Below, one piece after another: positions 58,797-64,000 of a stretch of DNA of 64,000 nt. Under the pieces are notes generated by a model. That model was not told the DNA's origin. It saw only the letters and a list, made by a program, of their open reading frames with translations, and ran no database searches. Numbering within the stretch: position 1 is the first letter of the stretch; the number at the start of each line of letters is the position of its first letter. The position numbers and the translations under genes were made by a program. Source of the stretch: Thermoplasmata archaeon (GTDB taxonomy: Archaea > Thermoplasmatota > Penumbrarchaeia > JAEHCK01); assembly GCA_020696345.1 (NCBI GenBank), contig JAEHCK010000003.1, forward strand, positions 10,270-74,269. Reading direction: 5' to 3'.

Positions 58797-59101
58797 GCAT
58801 TTACCATAAGAATATCATATAAGAGAACTCTATATGGTAAATCTTGTGTTGCTTTTTGCTTCACAGATTGTCTGTAGTGCACTCAATAATTTTTAGATTA
58901 TTGGGGAAGAGATATAGGTCGAGTCAATACAATATCGACCATGATCAGGGGTTATCAGTTGGAATCCCCAAGTAAGTTTCTTTAACTCATGAAAACTTAC
59001 AGATTCTTCTATCCGATAAGATAGAGTAATCTATCTATAATAGGATTGAAAATATTATGTAGATCATGTCGATTAATATTGACTTGCCAATGATTATCTA
59101 A

Positions 59102-62149
<3,048 letters not shown>

Positions 62150-62233
62150 ATTTCTATATCTTATTTGCAAATAATTGATACTCAGCGTTAGCTATCGTTC
62201 GAAATCCGATCGCTTCGATGTGAAAATAAATTA

Positions 62234-62755
62234 AAACGCTTGGGGAAGGGGGATCATTACAATGAATTATTGTTGGAAAACATTTGGTGAGGGGGGATAT
62301 AATTAATATTTATGATTAGGTTATTTGAAAAGGTAAATTGAAAAATGCAAAAGTCAAAATTGTGATTATATTTTGGTATTGGGATTTTACCCACAACCCT
62401 CATATGCGCTAACTTAAGTTTTTCTGGTTCTTCCCATGATTTAGGTAGAAAGTAAAATATTAGACAGAGGGAGGAGGAAAGTGGAAAGAGGGTTGATAAT
62501 TTGACGATAAGACCCTATTTCCTCTAACGATTCATATCACCAATTCTACATAGTGTCCTCTGCCCTCTTTCCTGTTTGGGATTTTACCCACCACCCCTCC
62601 CCCAACGATCGTAAACAATAATTCATTGAAGTGATCTCCCAACGATTCCAAGCGATCATTACTTACAGTGGTCACCCCTCCCCAAACGATCTTGTTTTTT
62701 AAATAATCATAGTGGTCGGCCGAAGGCTTGGCCGAAGGCCTAACGGTCGGTCGAT
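62234..62755. repeat. Cluster of GGGGA/CCCCTCCCC repeats downstream of the 23S gene
   Basis: gggattttacccac at 62381 and 62578; cccctcccc(c/a)aacgatc at ~62594 and ~62674; complementary ttgg(g/t)ga(a/g)ggggg at ~62240 and ~62285; ggccgaaggc twice at ~62717-62740. Confidence 0.6.
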
Positions 62756-62763
62756 TGTATTTA

Positions 62764-64000
62764 TCAATCAAGCGAAGACACCTTGGTGATTTTTAGAAGA
62801 ATGAGTGCCAACCCTGCCGCAATGAATGTAAATATCATCGCCAATTGAAATACAGTCTCATAAGATACGAATGATAACAGAAATCCGCCGCTGATCGAGC
62901 CGATAACGATCCCGATGCCTAATGCAAGTCTGATAGATGTTATCCCACGGACACGTTCGTTTCTGGGTGTCAGGTCCGCCACAAACATTTTAAAACCGAT
63001 CCATAGAAACGGCCAGACCGGGAAAATAAATACGATCATGATCATAACATTGCTTGTGAACAATGGAATCGTCAGATTGAAGATACCCCAGAGGCCTATA
63101 TATGCGAAGATTGCACCAATGTATACTTTTCTCGCAGTATATCTATCACAACACCAGCCCGCTAGCATTTGATTGATCGGTAAGAATAATGCTACACCAA
63201 ATACGGTATAAACGATCCCTAATGTGGTTGCCGACTCGCCCCTGGCTTCGCTTAAGAATACCATAATAAATGGTACGATCATGCCATAGGCGATTAAAGT
63301 GAAAAGTGTAGTGTAGAATAAAAAGAGCATTTGTTTTCTATTTTTGAACCCGAAAAGGTATTCGTCGATCATCTTGAGACTAAGGTTGGCCAAAACATTT
63401 CCAAACCAAGCACTCATTTTACCGCCGAGTTGAGCCACACCCTTCACCATATTTCGAAGCCAAGCATTCACACTTATTTCCTCTTCGACAACACCAACAT
63501 CCTTAAGCCTGAACATAACGAAAAATGACAATAACATTGCGAACCCGGCCAACAGGAAACAGAACCAGAAGCCCACTACATCGAATAGTAATCCGCTTAG
63601 GACCCCGCCAACCAGACCACCGATATTTCCTACCGCTTTCATCAAACCAAACGCCTTTCCCCTGTAGTTCTCAGGGAAATATTCGGTAACCAGTACAAGC
63701 TCCAGATTCTCGGAGCCGTAATAACACAGGACAAAAATGGTGAATAATATGATAATGATAAGTAGAATATATGGATTTGTGGCTAATAATGCTGATAGCC
63801 AGGCCATAATGAATAATATTACTGCACCAATTAGTACTAGTGATAGCAGCATATTTTTCCTTTTACCCCGCACATCCGACCCTTTTGCCAAGATTAAGAA
63901 CAGTAGTATGGGTACGATTTGATATGCCCCGTAATTTACCCCTACGAGAAAATCACCCCATCCTGTCCAGGCTGCCTGAAAAATGAATAATGAAATCACA
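62764..64000 (-). CDS. MFS transporter (5' end beyond window edge)
   Basis: Multiple TM helices, GSDVRGKRK and GWCCDRYTARK loop motifs, FPENYRGKAFG. Confidence 0.88.
   Translation of the reverse strand, partial: VISLFIFQAAWTGWGDFLVGVNYGAYQIVPILLFLILAKGSDVRGKRKNMLLSLVLIGAVILFIMAWLSALLATNPYILLIIIILFTIFVLCYYGSENLELVLVTEYFPENYRGKAFGLMKAVGNIGGLVGGVLSGLLFDVVGFWFCFLLAGFAMLLSFFVMFRLKDVGVVEEEISVNAWLRNMVKGVAQLGGKMSAWFGNVLANLSLKMIDEYLFGFKNRKQMLFLFYTTLFTLIAYGMIVPFIMVFLSEARGESATTLGIVYTVFGVALFLPINQMLAGWCCDRYTARKVYIGAIFAYIGLWGIFNLTIPLFTSNVMIMIVFIFPVWPFLWIGFKMFVADLTPRNERVRGITSIRLALGIGIVIGSISGGFLLSFVSYETVFQLAMIFTFIAAGLALILLKITKVSSLD

Noticed and set aside
62532..62771. 79-aa ORF downstream of the MFS gene
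   Set aside because: Overlies the CCCCTCCCC repeat cluster and has no recognisable motif.

Overview
Archaeal chromosomal segment, most consistent with a sediment-type Thermoplasmatota (Thermoplasmata). Support: the archaeal ftsZ-secE-spt5-rpl11 cluster, PAN, a PAC2 chaperone, a stand-alone 23S rRNA with a bulge-helix-bulge (BHB) processing stem and no adjacent 16S/5S, a secreted clostripain, and several giant single-pass surface proteins. It also carries two MacB/LolCDE-type ABC systems and a sugar-phosphate cluster (Gfo/Idh/MocA, mannose-6-P isomerase, 1140-aa GT-A-like protein, two phosphohexomutases). A >1660-aa membrane protein missing from the ORF track runs off the left edge. Most notable observations: (1) a phosphohexomutase that resembles eukaryotic PGM3/AGM1 but has the un-permuted bacterial domain-1 order; (2) an inverted array of about 13 degenerate 27-bp repeats next to a putative ribbon-helix-helix protein; (3) a GxxExxY nuclease-like gene bracketed by 31-bp direct repeats and ACGAAT/ATTCG hairpin arms, with several families of gene-less periodic hairpin elements in other intergenic gaps; (4) an approximately 60-nt hairpin expansion in 23S helix 101; (5) a ThiI homologue lacking its PP-loop. 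All family assignments come from motif recognition by eye; no database searches were run.
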